Shown here: piece by piece, positions 23,801-36,300 of the stretch
How positions within the stretch are numbered: the stretch's first letter is position 1
Layout of the letters: the number at the start of each line of letters is the position of its first letter
Assembly: GCA_000708835.1 (NCBI GenBank)
Contig: DF236991.1
Location: forward strand, 233,585-297,584
Source: Klebsormidium nitens
Lineage: Eukaryota; Plantae; Klebsormidiophyceae
Direction: 5' to 3'
DNA: 64,000 nt
Notes under the pieces: generated by a model
What the model was told of the DNA's origin: nothing
Databases searched by the model: none
Seen by the model: the letters and a program-made list of their open reading frames with translations, nothing else
Made by a program: the position numbers and the translations under genes

Positions 23801-26800
23801 CTTGACTTTCGAACATCACGGGTTTGCCAGAGTCGTTTCGACGTGTGGAGTCCAAGAAGCGGACCTGAATTGCCGGAAAGCGCCACTCGCAGCAGCAACC
23901 CAGACGCTTCTTGATCTGATTCGAAACCGGTAAACCCTCAACCTAAGAAAAACCGGATTCAGAACGGGACCGCATTGTTTTCCAGCACTGAGCTTATCCT
24001 TCATTGCATCGAACGGAGATGCGATCCAGGACGCGGAGGGTTCGGAATGACAAGGTTTCCAGGATAGATCATACGGTAAGTGTATCCGCTCAGATTTCGC
24101 ACCTCGTCACGGAATGCCTGTTGCACGTTGTACGGAAGCGAGATGGCCGTCGATCCCGTGTCCAGGAACGTGTTAATCAGGCGCAGGAGCGGCAGATCGA
24201 GCCTCGTTTCATTGACAAGAATGTCATCCAACGAAACGCTGTAGAAGCTGCAAGAGAAACACGTGGCAGGCTGCGATTAGCTGGCGCATTGTTCAGTCGC
24301 AGGAACGGCGGATCGAGCCTCGTCCCGTTGACAGGATTGTTGTCCACCAAACGCTGTAGAAGCTGCAAGAGAAACACGTGGCAGGTTGCGATTAGTCGTG
24401 TCCAGGAATATGTGTTGATCAGGCGCAGAAGCGGCTGATATGAGCCTCGTCTCATTGACGAAGACGTCTTCCAGCGGCGCGCTGTAGTAGAAGCTGCAAA
24501 AGAGACACGTGGCGGATTGAGATCGGCCGTCTGCAGAAAAGCGGGATGTCGCGGTGCTCAGACGCAAGAACACAGCTTGAGCCTCGTCTCGTGGACAAAG
24601 GCGTTATTTGAGGAAACGGTCTAGAAAGTAGGGAAGTGACACGTGGCCCGATGACATCGATCCAGCAAGGCGTTGCTCGAGCACAATAGTTGCAGGTTTA
24701 TTCTTGTCACGTCGAAATCACAGCGTCGTCTAAGAACACGCTGTAGAAATTGACATACGTGAAGGTTTAGCGGTCTCCAAAGATGCAATGATGGAGGCGT
24801 TACAGGAGCACTACAGACGCGGCTTCAGCTTCTTATCGTTGACAACGACGTCGTCTGGAAAGATGGTGTAGAAGCTCCGTAAGAAACACGTGGCGCGTTG
24901 CGACTAGCAGAAAGACGGGCAAAGCTCTGGTCTCCGTCTTAGCACCAAGCAAGGCGGCGTTACTCGAACGCGGGCTTTTTGGTCGCCAGGTGAGCTACAT
25001 GTGTGACGTCCTTTTTCTGGGCACAAGCATGATCACAAGGAAACTGTAAAAGGTTCACGCTTGGTCAGTAGACTACTTCCTTTACCCTACAGCCTCTGTA
25101 CTGAAAAGATCATAACTTTGTCACCGTTCACGTTTTTTTCCTGGCGCGTTAAGCGCAGCACCTCAGCGGCCTTTGAGGGGTCCTCTTTCCAAAACAGAGA
25201 GCTTGTTTCACCTCTGGAATGGAGACGAAATTCTTCAGAATTGTTTCTGCTGGCACTCACATCTTTTTCGGCGCGATCAGATCCGTGTAGTTCAGCGGCA
25301 CCGGGGGGGTCGTGTTTCCAAAAATGAGACCCCCACCCCCTTCGACCCCTGCCAGGCAGACCGAAAAGGCGTCCACTGCCGTCGCGTTTTGGACGTAAAG
25401 CTGGGAGGGAATTGAAAGCGGACCGCGTCCTAGGCCCATCAAACCGTTCATTCCGGGGATGATCAGGTTCGGCGTCTCGGCTAAGTCGCACCTGCAAAAA
25501 GGTTCGGTTGCTTGGTCGACTCAAACGAAGAAATTAACTGAAGCATCAATTCCCCCAAGATTTTGGTCGCGCATCTCAGGGTGTAAAGCTGGGACGGAAT
25601 TGAAAGCGGACCGCGCCCTGGGCCCATGAGACCATTCATTCCAGGGATGATCAGGTTTGGCGTCTCGGCGACGTCGCACCTGCAAAGCTGTTTGGCTTAT
25701 GAGCTCAGAAGAAAAACAACACCTGATTTCCCTCAAAGAATTTGGTCGCCCGTTCATGCGTGCAAAGCTGGGAGGGGATCGAACGCGGGTCGCGCCCCAA
25801 GCCCATGAGACCGTTCATTCCGGGACACCTGCAAAAATATTTCCTTGGTTAGCTCAGAGGGAAAGTTAAACCCAGTTTTCCCTCAAGTCTTTGCTCGCGC
25901 ATTCATGAGTGTAAAGCTGGGACGGGAAGGAAAGCGGGCCGCGCCCCAAGCCCGTGAGACCGTTCATTCCAGGGGTGATAACCTTAAGCGTCTCGGCTAA
26001 GTCGCACCTGCAATGTTAGGTTGAATAGCTCAGAATAAGATGAAGTGCAATTTGAATGCCTTTTGGTCACACATTCTGGTTGTAAAGTGCCGTATTCAGT
26101 CTGTCAGTCCGGAGATAATCAGGTTTGAAGTCTCCGCTGAGTCGCACATGCAAGCGCTTTGGACGGGTAAGAGAAAGATTTGAACCCATTCATTGGCTTT
26201 AGTGCGCGCTTATTCCAAGCCCAAGCAGAATGGTGAAAACGCAAACATGGAACGATGACAATATAAAGATCGAGAGCGGGTGATGAGAGAGCAAGTGTTA
26301 CAACCAGAGACCGGCGATTGGAGTCGAGGACGAAACCTCGATCGAAAACGCGAACGTCAGCCAAAGCAGGAGTGTAGCTGACGTGGCAGCAAGGCAAGAC
26401 AGCTAGGATCTGCTGGATGACAAAACTCCACAACAGGACTAGGACCGGGACCGGAACCGGAAGGACCTGAAGCGGAGGAGAACTACGAACGAGTCAAATC
26501 ACTCAGCAGCTTTTGAAAAACGAAAGAGCCTTCTCCGAAACTCACCCAAAGATTGCCGACGCCTCAATGCTGACGTTCCCAGTCGCGTTGGGCAACGTCA
26601 GCATGTCCCCGACGATCACCCCCGCGGACGCGGACATGTCGCCGTACATAATGATATACCCGCAGTCCGGCTGAGCGTTACCGCTGCCGTTACCGCTCAC
26701 GTTCGCGCACCCGAGGCTCCCCTGGGCAGTCGCGTTGAGCGCGGTGCAGCGGGAGTCGCACGGGAGGCTCGCGAAGGTGGACGACCGGTTGGGATCAACC

Positions 26801-29800
26801 GGGGGCAGCTGCGGGGGAAATGCTGACGTCAGTTTTGGTGTTTAAGACCTTGTGAGGCTTGGAACTTTCCAAGGATAAATAGGCGTGAGTTCGCTAAGAG
26901 CAACTGTTGAAGAGATTCGCACGGGAGGCTCGCGAAGGTGGACGACCCATTGGGATCAATTGGGGGCAGCTGCGGGAGATATGCTCGCGTAAGTTTTGAG
27001 AATTTCGGAACTGTAAATCTGTCAGGGTTTAAAACTTCACACAACGACCTTTGGAACTTTCTCAGAATGAAGTTAAAAGGTTTTTTAGTAAACGGAGACC
27101 AACTTTCGAAGAAGCAAGAGTCGCAGGAAAAGCTCGCGAAGGGGGACGATCGGTTGGGATCAACCGGGGGGAGCTGCGGTTAGAAAGAAAGGTATACCAG
27201 AATCAGGTTGTCAACAGTAGCTGCGGCTAAGAAAAAAAACTTTCCTGTAACCAGGTTACAGGCGGGCGGAAGCTGCGGTCAAGAAGAAGGGTTGTCTTGT
27301 AACCAGGTTACGAACTGGGGGACGCTGCGGTCAAAGAAAAGGGGTTTTTATAACCAGGATACAGCGGCAGAAGCTGCGCGCTGGAAAAAAGAGGGGATTT
27401 TCTTGTCGGCAGGTTACAGGCCGTGACCAAAGGCGTCAAACCCTGGCACGAAGGTCGAATTCCGGTTGGGAATCACCGAAAGGTAGACAGGAGATCGACA
27501 GAGGCGGAATTGGCCGGTAAAGCATGAAGGCAGCGCGAGTCGCGTTGAAAGCTCGAGAAGGTGGAAGACCGGTTGGGATCAACCGGGGGGAGCTGCCGGA
27601 GAAAGTGCTGACGTGGCCCTTCTGAGAGTCTAGGGGATTCAGGGTTTCCACGATCCAGCCTTTATTAGAGGGAGCGGAGAAAGACGTCAGCCAACTAACA
27701 GAAAGTGCCGAACCAGCGGGAGTCACGAAGGTTGACGACAGGTTGGCAGGGACTGCGCAAACAGATGTGATGTCGGGGTCTCTGAAAGTGACCGGAAGAA
27801 AATGGTGGATGAAACAAGCACCGAAGAAAAATTTAAAAAGCGAGAGTCGTACGGAACGCTCCCGAAGGCGACGACCGGTCGATATGCCCTGAGCAAAGCT
27901 CCAGTACCAAAACGCAGCCGGTTGGGAAAGTGTGCGACTGGGGTAGGTAACGTAAGAACGAACAAGTGAGAAGGCGTACCAAGGGAGAACGCGATTGGGC
28001 TTGGCAGGAACGTATATATACTCAGCAAAAAGGAGCGGATCGGCTACAACCGGGGTGACGGACCATAGTCTTTTGGGAAGCGAAGTAACAGACAAAACAA
28101 TCACATTCAAGTAATGGTCTGTTCAGGGTGCAGCGCTTGAAGCAGCCCGATTGGGAGAAGGGTCTGACACTAAACCAGGGACCCCAAAGCGAAGAAGCAT
28201 GCAATGGGGCGCTTTGTGCAGACGGCAAAGGTGACGCTTTGACTGAGGTTTGAGCGCCGAAACACTGGAGCGTGATGGTTAGATAATGATGCGCATGACA
28301 AGGTCCCAGCGACGGACGGGGCAAGGGAAGGAAACGTCCCGATGGTTACTACCAATTTGAAGGTAAATCACGCCTAACCATGAGGATTAAGGACGCCAAA
28401 ACGGAGAGTTGAGGACGCGAGACCTGAGGGTTAAGATAACATAGCCTGGGGTCAAAGCCAAGACTGAGGGTTGGGAGACCTAGCCTGGGGCCAAGGACGC
28501 CTAGACTGAGGATTGAGGACACGTGACCTGACGGTTAGGGACGCCTAACCAGAGGGTCAAGGACGCGTAACCCGAGGGTGAAGGACGCCCTAACCTGAGG
28601 GCTAATTGTGCAGTTGTCACACGGCGCGCACTGCGTCCAGAGAAGGTCCGAACCTGCGGACGAAACAGATCGGGAGTCGAAAAACAGAGCTTTCGCAACT
28701 GTACAAACTTGTATCTTTAATGCTCCGCTTTGTCTTCACGAGTTTTTGACTCCGGCGTTTAGCCCAAAGCTCTCTTTGCCATTGCTCCGAACGCGCCTAC
28801 TCGATTTCTGCGAAACCTGCTGCCTATATAGATCTTAAACCATCTCGGCGTTGCGAACAAGCCGCGAAGTGGTATCGGTCTAGCGAAACATTCTCGTTGG
28901 AAGCTTTGTAAAAGCTTTGCTTCAGAGAAAGCAGGCCTACTCGTGATCCCAAACTCACGACTCGACCGGACTCACGACGTTTAGACGACAGGAGCAGGAA
29001 GAAAACTTTGCCAAAGTGCCGTTCTCGGGTTACTTCGCTATTGCGAAGCTGAGCTCTTACGATCACGTTCTGGATGAGCTTACGGGGTAAAAAGGATGGT
29101 TTCTCACCGGTGTCAATCTGAACGCTGACGTTCTGTGGCGGCGTGCCGATCCCAATGGTTGTCGTATACAGCCTGGCAAGAGCAGGAGCGCAGAGAAGAT
29201 TAGGGATGACTGCTGAGCACAACATCAGGTCGTGCTCTGTGAACAAGGATGCGAGCGGATTAAGAAGCCAGATTCACACATCGCCTGTTGGTCACCTGAA
29301 ATCCTCCGAGAAAAGCTACAATAAGGAGACTAGGTCGTAATTCAGCGGGAGCCCCTTACATAATTTTGCTTCCAAATGAGCTTGGGAACTGTGAGCTCAG
29401 ACTTTAGCGAGTCTCAAGTTTCGGTCGGTGATCCATCGGGTACGACTTGAATGAAGTAAATGAAGTCCACCCAATAGTCATGTGGAACTTTAAACCTACC
29501 CGATGCGGGAGCAGCTATTGAGCATAGTACGAACCTATCTCTGTGGTTCATTGCAATTGCAATCAATATGCTTGGACTTGCGATATGAGGTCGTGCTGAA
29601 AAGCACTTTCTGAATTTGACATACGTAAATGAGACGCTGCGGATGGGGGCCAAGTTCGACTTGTGTGCAGATGACATGGACTCAAAACCTGTGAGTGCTG
29701 ACCAGTCCAAGCACGAAGTGAAAGCCTTCATCAGCATCACAACCAGTGACTATAAGATCCGGGTTCGCACTTCGGTTGGAGATCGAGTCTGCTCACCCGT

Positions 29801-31612
29801 TCGTCTCAATACTCCCATTCAGCGCCAAATCCACGGTCCCGTTCGCCGCCTCCAACCGCCTTCCCGGTCGTGCTGACGTCACCGGGGCCTCCGTTGATGT
29901 CACCAAACCCTCCCACCTGCGCGCGTCCCGCTCCAGCAGCGCGTGCAAATACGCTATGGTGATTACCCGTCTGCCGGTCGTGGTCACGTGGCCCCGTGGT
30001 GAGAAAAGGCCCGGGGCACCGCTCTCGAGGTGCGAGGCGTGCACGTGTCTGAGGGGGTGGAAGGAGGGGCCGGAGGGATCCCCCAAGAATGTCGTTGGGC
30101 TTCCGGAGGGATCCCCCACAGAGGTCGCTGGGCTTCTGGGGGGACTTCCTAAGAGAGTTGTTGGGCTTCCGAGGGGATTCCCCGAGAAAGTCGTTGAGCT
30201 TCTGGGGGGATCCCTCGAGGCAGTTGTTGGGCTCCCGGGGAAAGCGACGCTGGTGGGCAGCACAGGTTTCGGCTCTGTTGCGTTTTTGGGCGCATTGAGG
30301 TCGCCGTCTTTGAGTCCCCGGTTGACTGGCGACCCTTTCGCGGTCGATGGGCTCTGCTGGTCGCCGTCTTGCCCTGCGTTTGACAGGAGTAGAAAAGCGA
30401 TTGGATCCTCGGAAGATCCAGGCATTTTCAAGTCGGCTCTGTGTCCGACAGAGAAGAACGAGCGACCGGGACATTGATTGGGCTTCCGGGACGAAAGACG
30501 CGTCTGGGCAGCGTCATTATAAGCTGTAGGAATAGTTAGAAACCCCAAACCGTTAAAATGTGGACTTTCGCAAGCGTCAAGCCCCCTGCTATCTAGGGGG
30601 CAGATACTTGGCGACCAGCTCAACTTTACACTGTTGCGCTGGTCGCCCGAAACAGGAAAATGCTGTTGAAGAAGTGTTCTCAAGATCTGTTGCACTACAA
30701 GTGGACCCTAAGAATTGCACCCCCCCCCTGCCCAAATATCCTCGTATCTATGTTACGGGCGGAAGACGAAAAAAGGACTCTTATCTCCATCACGCAAAGT
30801 CAAAGGTGACATCAGCGAGAGCAGATAATAACGCGGACAGAAACTGATTGCCTGGATTCTTCAATACTACCTGATGATGATGATGATCAAACAGGAACAC
30901 GTGTAGTCTGAATACTTTCAAGCTGAACCTTGACATCATTTCCGACACAAGCGACTGCAAATGCTGGGTTACAATTGCTGAATAACAAGATTCGTTCTTT
31001 TAGCCAGTTCTTTAGCCGAAGAGCTTCTGGTGACAGATTCCAATAGCCATGACCCCAATAGCTGCCGTGGATGGTTTGTGGTTCGAGAAAGCTCTTTTGA
31101 GGTAGAAGCGCTTCGAGACAAAATCCTGCTTGCCGTAAAGCAACAACCAACGCAAACGAGAAGAAAGTAATAGGCATCTTTTAGCCAGAGTTTCTAACAG
31201 TACCGAGCAGTCCACAAGCTACTCGTACCAGCCAGATATGCAGAAGCCATGCTCGGGAGTGCGTGCGGTGAGAAAGTTGCAGCGCGCACATTCCTTTCCC
31301 CTTCGCAGCAAATGGAAATTCGGTCTGCGGTCTGAGACAAATAATGACATTGTGCAGACTAAAACAAAACTCCTGTCTGCGGTCAAAGTCTGGCTGCAAT
31401 CAAAGCCACGGAGCACAAAAAAACGATGGGACCTGCTCACCCTTAGAAAGCAGCTCGGAGCTCCGCTGAGCTGACGCGCTCGAAAGCTTTCTCCCAAGAG
31501 CACTCCCCGGAAAATCTTCCTCTCCTACGGCCAGTGCTCCCAACAATGCTGGAATGGAAAATATCGTGCAAAGAAGAAATGCCGCCGGCCAACGAAAAAG
31601 CGGTTTTAACAT
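20866..31612 (-). CDS. Secreted pepsin-family (A1, plant nepenthesin-like) aspartic protease with long N-terminal extension
   Basis: Signal-peptide exon 31612-31441; exons 30523-29797, 29172-29108 (LYTTTIGIGTPPQNVSVQIDTG), 28653-28595 (SDLLWTQCAPCDNC), 26808-26546 (…CGYIIMYGD…), 25491-25261 (GLMGLGRGPLSIPSQL…FSVCL), 24247-24103 (FLDTGST), 22477-22393 and 21594-21523 (IIG|DAGMRNHYFVFDRQADRVGLAPINC); likely last exon 20960-20866. Both catalytic DTG motifs are present. Exons at ~22750-23460 are only partly resolved. Confidence 0.9.
24248..24910 (-). repeat. About 4-5 intronic echoes of the acceptor/5' end of the second catalytic (DTGS) exon
   Basis: Plus-strand gagcctcgt...ttgac...gtagaagctgcaagagaaacacgtggc recurs at ~24360, ~24490, ~24625, ~24745 and ~24870 with progressive decay. 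Confidence 0.85.
25492..26015 (-). repeat. Three intronic echoes of the acceptor/5' end of exon 25491-25261
   Basis: gaaagcggaccgcg.cc..ggcccatgagaccgttcattcc.ggg...aagtcgcacctgcaa recurs ending near 25683, 25833 and 26013. Confidence 0.88.
26809..27900 (-). repeat. About 5 intronic echoes of the acceptor/5' end of exon 26808-26546
   Basis: gcgaaggtggacgaccggttgggatcaaccggggg.agctgcgg recurs at ~26935, ~27140, ~27555, and weakly at ~27725 and ~27865. Confidence 0.85.
28370..28600 (-). repeat. 21-22 bp minisatellite (~11 units) whose unit is the exon end plus donor site (CCCTCAG|GTTAGG...)
   Basis: Minus-strand units ccctcag gttagggcgtccttca / ccctcgg gttacgcgtccttga / ccctctg gttaggcgtcccta ... 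begin exactly at the true donor of exon 28653-28595. Confidence 0.85.
30072..30236 (-). repeat. Five 33-bp coding tandem repeats (11-aa units, GSPTTxxGxPx) in the protease N-terminal extension
   Basis: Plus-strand units at 30072, 30105, 30138, 30171 and 30204 (ggagggatccccc...gtcgttgggcttcc), translating as GSPTTASRDPP RSSTTFSGNPL GSPTTLLGSPP RSPATSVGDPS GSPTTFLGDPS. Confidence 0.9.
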
Positions 31613-33337
31613 AGTTGCAGCGATGAAGAATCAACAACGAAGCAGCTTCACGAAGCGGTCTAGAAGTGCCAAGAATCAGTGTTCCTTACAATGCTGAAAT
31701 GCTAAGTCCTGAGCCGACAACGAGGAAATTATAGGCCCCTTATCTGATTCAGCGTGTCCTACTCTGTGAGTACTCAGGCGCGAGAGCGCCAGAAAGATAT
31801 GAGGGACTGCTCGTGCGGGCTCGATCGGACTTGCTCATTAATGCTCATGCTGATCGAAAAGTCGTTCTTCAAGAAGTTGGAAGCTTGAAGCTGTTTGTAA
31901 CGGGGCGCTCCTCCGGCCAACTTGATAAGACTATCCTCTTCAACCTGCTCTTTGTGTTGCCATGCTGTTCTGGAAAACAGACTGCAGAGCCGGAGCCGGG
32001 AGGAGGGATGCATATGCTGGCCCACCCAGCAAGAGCGTTGCACTCCGTGACTTGGCCTCTCTTTCCACGTTCCAGGCAATCTCGGAAAGGAACCCACCAA
32101 TCAAATCTACAGGAGAACTGGATGCTTGCGGCTGTGCCCGATACACGTCCCATGCAAACCTGCATGTGCTAGCGGCTTCAAGCCGCGCCTGCGCGTAGCG
32201 CGAAGCGCATCGTCAACGTCACCAGGCGCGGTACGAGACGCGAAAATCGCCCAGTGAAGGTGGACACTCCTCTTAAAGCCCCGTGAAGCTTGGGCAAGCC
32301 GCGGCGATGTACCGCATGCACGAGCCGAACAGGTCTCAGTTCGAAGCTGGCTGGTCAGGCGATGAGGTATTATATAGCTTGCAAGCACTTACTCTGTTAA
32401 ATTAGTTCGACGATAAGGCCGCGCGGCATGCTTCTGACACCTGATACAGGCGATATGCTACTAGCTTGAGAAATAAGAAGACAAATCCTCGTCCTAGTAA
32501 TCGGCTCGAACGAATTACGCGCTAGATCGTTGCGCAGGCATCATCTAGAAAAGGCTCTGGGCAGAGATACCTCTGGAAAACATTTTACTGGATGGAGAAG
32601 GGATGCTGCAACTTACCACAACCGTACAAGAAGCTTTCGCAATGTCAAAAGTCAGGGTCTGTGGTAAATGCATCCGGTCGGCGTGCTTGGTACTTGGCCG
32701 CCCGTAGGCGGACGCTTGCCTCGAACTTCGCATCGTAATCGACAAATCTTTCGTAAGGACAATCTAATCCTAGTACATGTAGTAATCGGCTCGTTTAAAA
32801 ACCAACAACCGGTCGAGCGCTGAAGGATTGCCGAGGTATCCTATCAAAGCAGGCCAGCATGACTTCTAGGCTTACTACTAGAAGAAGTTCCTACTAGCGC
32901 AACTCATCTCAGCGGCCCAGCTAAATCTGACGCCGGGCCAGTGCCGTGTAGTAGTCGTCCTCAACTTTTGAAGTCGGATGTAGACCTGTGCTTCGAACTG
33001 TGTGTGCGGCTTTATCGTACGTTAGCAACGTACGATGCCTTGCACCGGCGAGTATTTATGATGGGGAAGCAGAGGTGGCAAATCTGCACGGATGGCTTGC
33101 GGGCCAGTTGAAGAAGCGCCAGGGAAATACACCGCAAACACCCGGCCTGAGAATTCCTCCGATCTGGTTCTTCTCAGGTAAGTAAGGAGCGTAGCGTAAA
33201 AAGGAACATCGTTAAGCCAGAAAGACTACGCTCCCTAAACGCGCCCGCGTCCTAGCTCGCTCTGTGCCTGACTCTTTCCTACTCCGGCCCCGTTTGAATA
33301 TGCCAAAGAGCATACGCAACCGCGCGCTGACAAGCGC

Positions 33338-36300
33338 TTATAGCAGCCGCGTCTCAACTTGCGCTTCTGCTAAGTGCTCTTTTACCGCCCGGATGGGGAC
33401 CTCTTCCCGGTGGAAAATCCCGGCCGCCAGCGCAGCCGCAGCGCGCGTCTTGTGGAAGACCTCAGAGAAGTGTTCCGGGCAGCCCGCTCCGCTGCTGGCA
33501 ATGACCGGAATTGACACCGCATCGGAGACAAGCTTCACCTGCACAGCGAACAGCGAAAAGGTGTCAAGAAAAACGCTGACACGAAGCCCGGAATGTCGTA
33601 ATAGTTCCGCGTCGGAGACGAGCTTCACTTCTACAAGGGGCAAATGCAGAGTGTCAAAGAGGACGTGAATCGTTCTAACAGACAGTATACGAAGGGACAC
33701 TATATGTTATGTGTTCTCCTCCCTCGTTTGGCTGTCTATCACCCGGCCGCAGGCCTCTGAAGTGCACGTTTTGAGTGCGTGGCTTCTGGGCGATTTTAAC
33801 CACACAGCAGAAAATATGCTGCACTTGCTGCGAATTTCTCACAGGCCATCAGGAGAATGACCAAACAGGAGGTGAATGTTAGATGGGGCGATCAGATTGA
33901 CTGGATCACACCGCATTTGATCTTGAAATGCAGAGCCCTTTGAAATGCAGAGCCCTTCCAGATTACCACACGCAAGGACGGTTCCTCGCAGATCTGAGTT
34001 TCTTGCTTTAGCAGCAAAGAAGCCTGATCAGACCGCACAAAGGATTGCGCGAACAATATAAAATGGCAAGAGCTAAAAGCCAACTCTTCAGGCTAGCGTT
34101 GAAGCGAAGTCCTTCTTTCTCTTCAACGGGCAGGGTAAGAGGCTGACTAAAGTAGGCAAAAAACAGAAGAAAGTCGAGGTAAAGGCGGCGAGAAGGACGA
34201 AGTAAACATCCAGAAAAGATAAAAAGCAAAACAGAGCAAAAGCGCGCTCACGAGGTCGGTGTCAAAGCCGGCGCCTTGCCCATCTTCGTCGATGCAGTTG
34301 AGAAGGATCTCCCCAGCCCCCAGCGCCTCCACCGCCTGCGCAAGCTCGTACGCGCCGATCGGCCGCCCCTCGCGACCGCCCTTAACCTGCGGGGGTTAAG
34401 CAAGCGGAATTCAGGAAGAGCACGCGCTCCATTCTGTCGTTTCAAATATGCAATGTACCGAGTCCATTCCCAAATTTCGCCGTAAACTGCGCGCTTGAGA
34501 TAGTGAGCGTCAACGGCAGCCGCTGTACGTCCCTGCTTGTCACTCAAGGCAACGTTGATGTGCCCGGTTACCAGTTTCCGCCCTTGAGCGGGGTTAAGCA
34601 AGCGAAATCAGAGGACAGGCGCCCCGTTTTGTTAGTCTCAGCCCCACTTGCAGCTTTCTGGTCGCCTTCTACAAGAAACCTAATTCGGTGGACTACTTTC
34701 ACAGAATCTGTTTTTCTTCCTCTCAAGTCAAAGTTTCGAGATGACCGTGAACCTCTGAGATACTTACTGAGCATTGCTTCCACGCATTCTTTTCTTCGTT
34801 CGGCCCCAGCTTCCGCACCTTTGTCGTTTTGTACTTGAATCTTGTACTAGAGATCTGCTCCTGCTACTCTTTAAACCTTCTCACTTTCTTTTTCCGAAGT
34901 CAAACTTGCAAAATGATTATGGGACCAAGTACATACCATAGAATGGAATTACACTTACCGTGCATTGATACCACGCATACTCCTCGCCGTTCGGCCCCAG
35001 CTTCCGCAGCTTCGTCGTTTTGTACGGCACTTCGTTCGGGTCTCGCACGTAAACCCGTCGCGGGTCGATGCTCACAACCACCGCTTGTGCGCCGTAAACG
35101 TACGAGATCTGCTCGATCGCCGTTTTGCCCGTCTTCTTCCCTGCAGAGCAAAAGCTGGAAAGTGTTTATACGAGTCTGCTTTCTTTTGGCTTCACTATTA
35201 TTCAAATCGCCACTGGACCAATGTTGCAATCACAGGCCCGCACCACGCACACGTCGCAATCTGCTCGAGCGCATTTTGTCCGTTGCCTTGCCTGCATAGA
35301 ACAAAAATGGGACCTTCCGCTCTTGTCCTGCGTTTGTATGAGAAATGTAACTCCTGGCCGGAGCGGTGAAAAGCTTTCAAGACACCAGCTTTTAACGTGA
35401 AACTTTTACATCTGCTCGGTTAGAGTCCTGCCCACTGCCGTTATCCAAACAAAAGAGTGGCCCAGATGTAATTGTGCGATCCAGAAATGTTGCGCGGTGC
35501 GCAACAAGTCACCTCTTCTCCTGGTTCCGGGACCCCAAGACAAAGGAACTATGCTTTCGCCTTGTTTACAATCCAACGGCCGCGCACAATCGCCCCCATT
35601 TAGGACACACACGGAACGTGGTCAAGAAGCCCTAGAACATCCAAGTCAGCGGAATCTACAACTCAAGATTCCAGCCAGTCATTTCTCACCCGTTTTTAGA
35701 TACTCTTCCGCAGCAGTGACCGCATCGCTTCCGATGGAGATCTTGTCGGCGCCCGATCGGAAGTACTCCGCAGCGACTTCGAGGCTGGAGTAGTGCTTCC
35801 CGTTGGAGTCGGTGAAGTCGCGGATGCCCCCGCCGACCGTCAGTGGCACAAACACGTTCTCGGACGTCCGCTGCAGGACCTGAGTATAACGAGAAAATGG
35901 CGGTCCGAATTATTGATAAAAAGAACATCAAATTATTTGGCTCTGTAGTGCTTCTCGTCGGAGTCGGTGAAGTCGCGGATGCCCCCGGCGACTGTCAGTG
36001 GCACAAATACGTTCTCGGACGTCCGGGGCCGAACCTGTGGAACGCGCAAAAAAGCATAGGCCGTTTTTGTCTCAATGTCAAACAGAACATTGAATCAGAA
36101 GATAGCTGGTTCTAATGTTGGTGATTTTGAGAAAACCCCCGCCAAGCATCTGCAGCACAAACACGTTTTCGGAAGTCCGCTCAAGGACATGCGGAGAGCG
36201 AAGCAAAATAAACCAATCAGAGAATCGATTGGGATATCGGCGTAAAAGAATATACGCCGATATCCCAATAACCTGTAACCTCGTAATCGAAAGAGATCGA

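Noticed and set aside
28370-28600. TTAGGG-like words suggesting interstitial telomere
   Set aside because: The words come from the GTTAGG donor site within a 21-bp unit and are not a 6-8 bp telomeric tandem.
29746-30477. 243-aa plus-strand ORF and 222-aa alternative minus-strand ORF
   Set aside because: GC-rich repeats keep other frames open; the minus frame that splices in phase to the DTG exon explains the region.
31774-32400. Several overlapping 70-120 aa ORFs
   Set aside because: No motifs, no consistent splice structure, and ORFs are open on both strands.
33920-33960. Short exact tandem duplications (e.g. tgaaatgcagagccctt x2; also ~4055-4100, ~7268-7305, ~62880-62915)
   Set aside because: Ordinary slippage-type duplications, too short to call features, though consistent with a duplication-prone genome.
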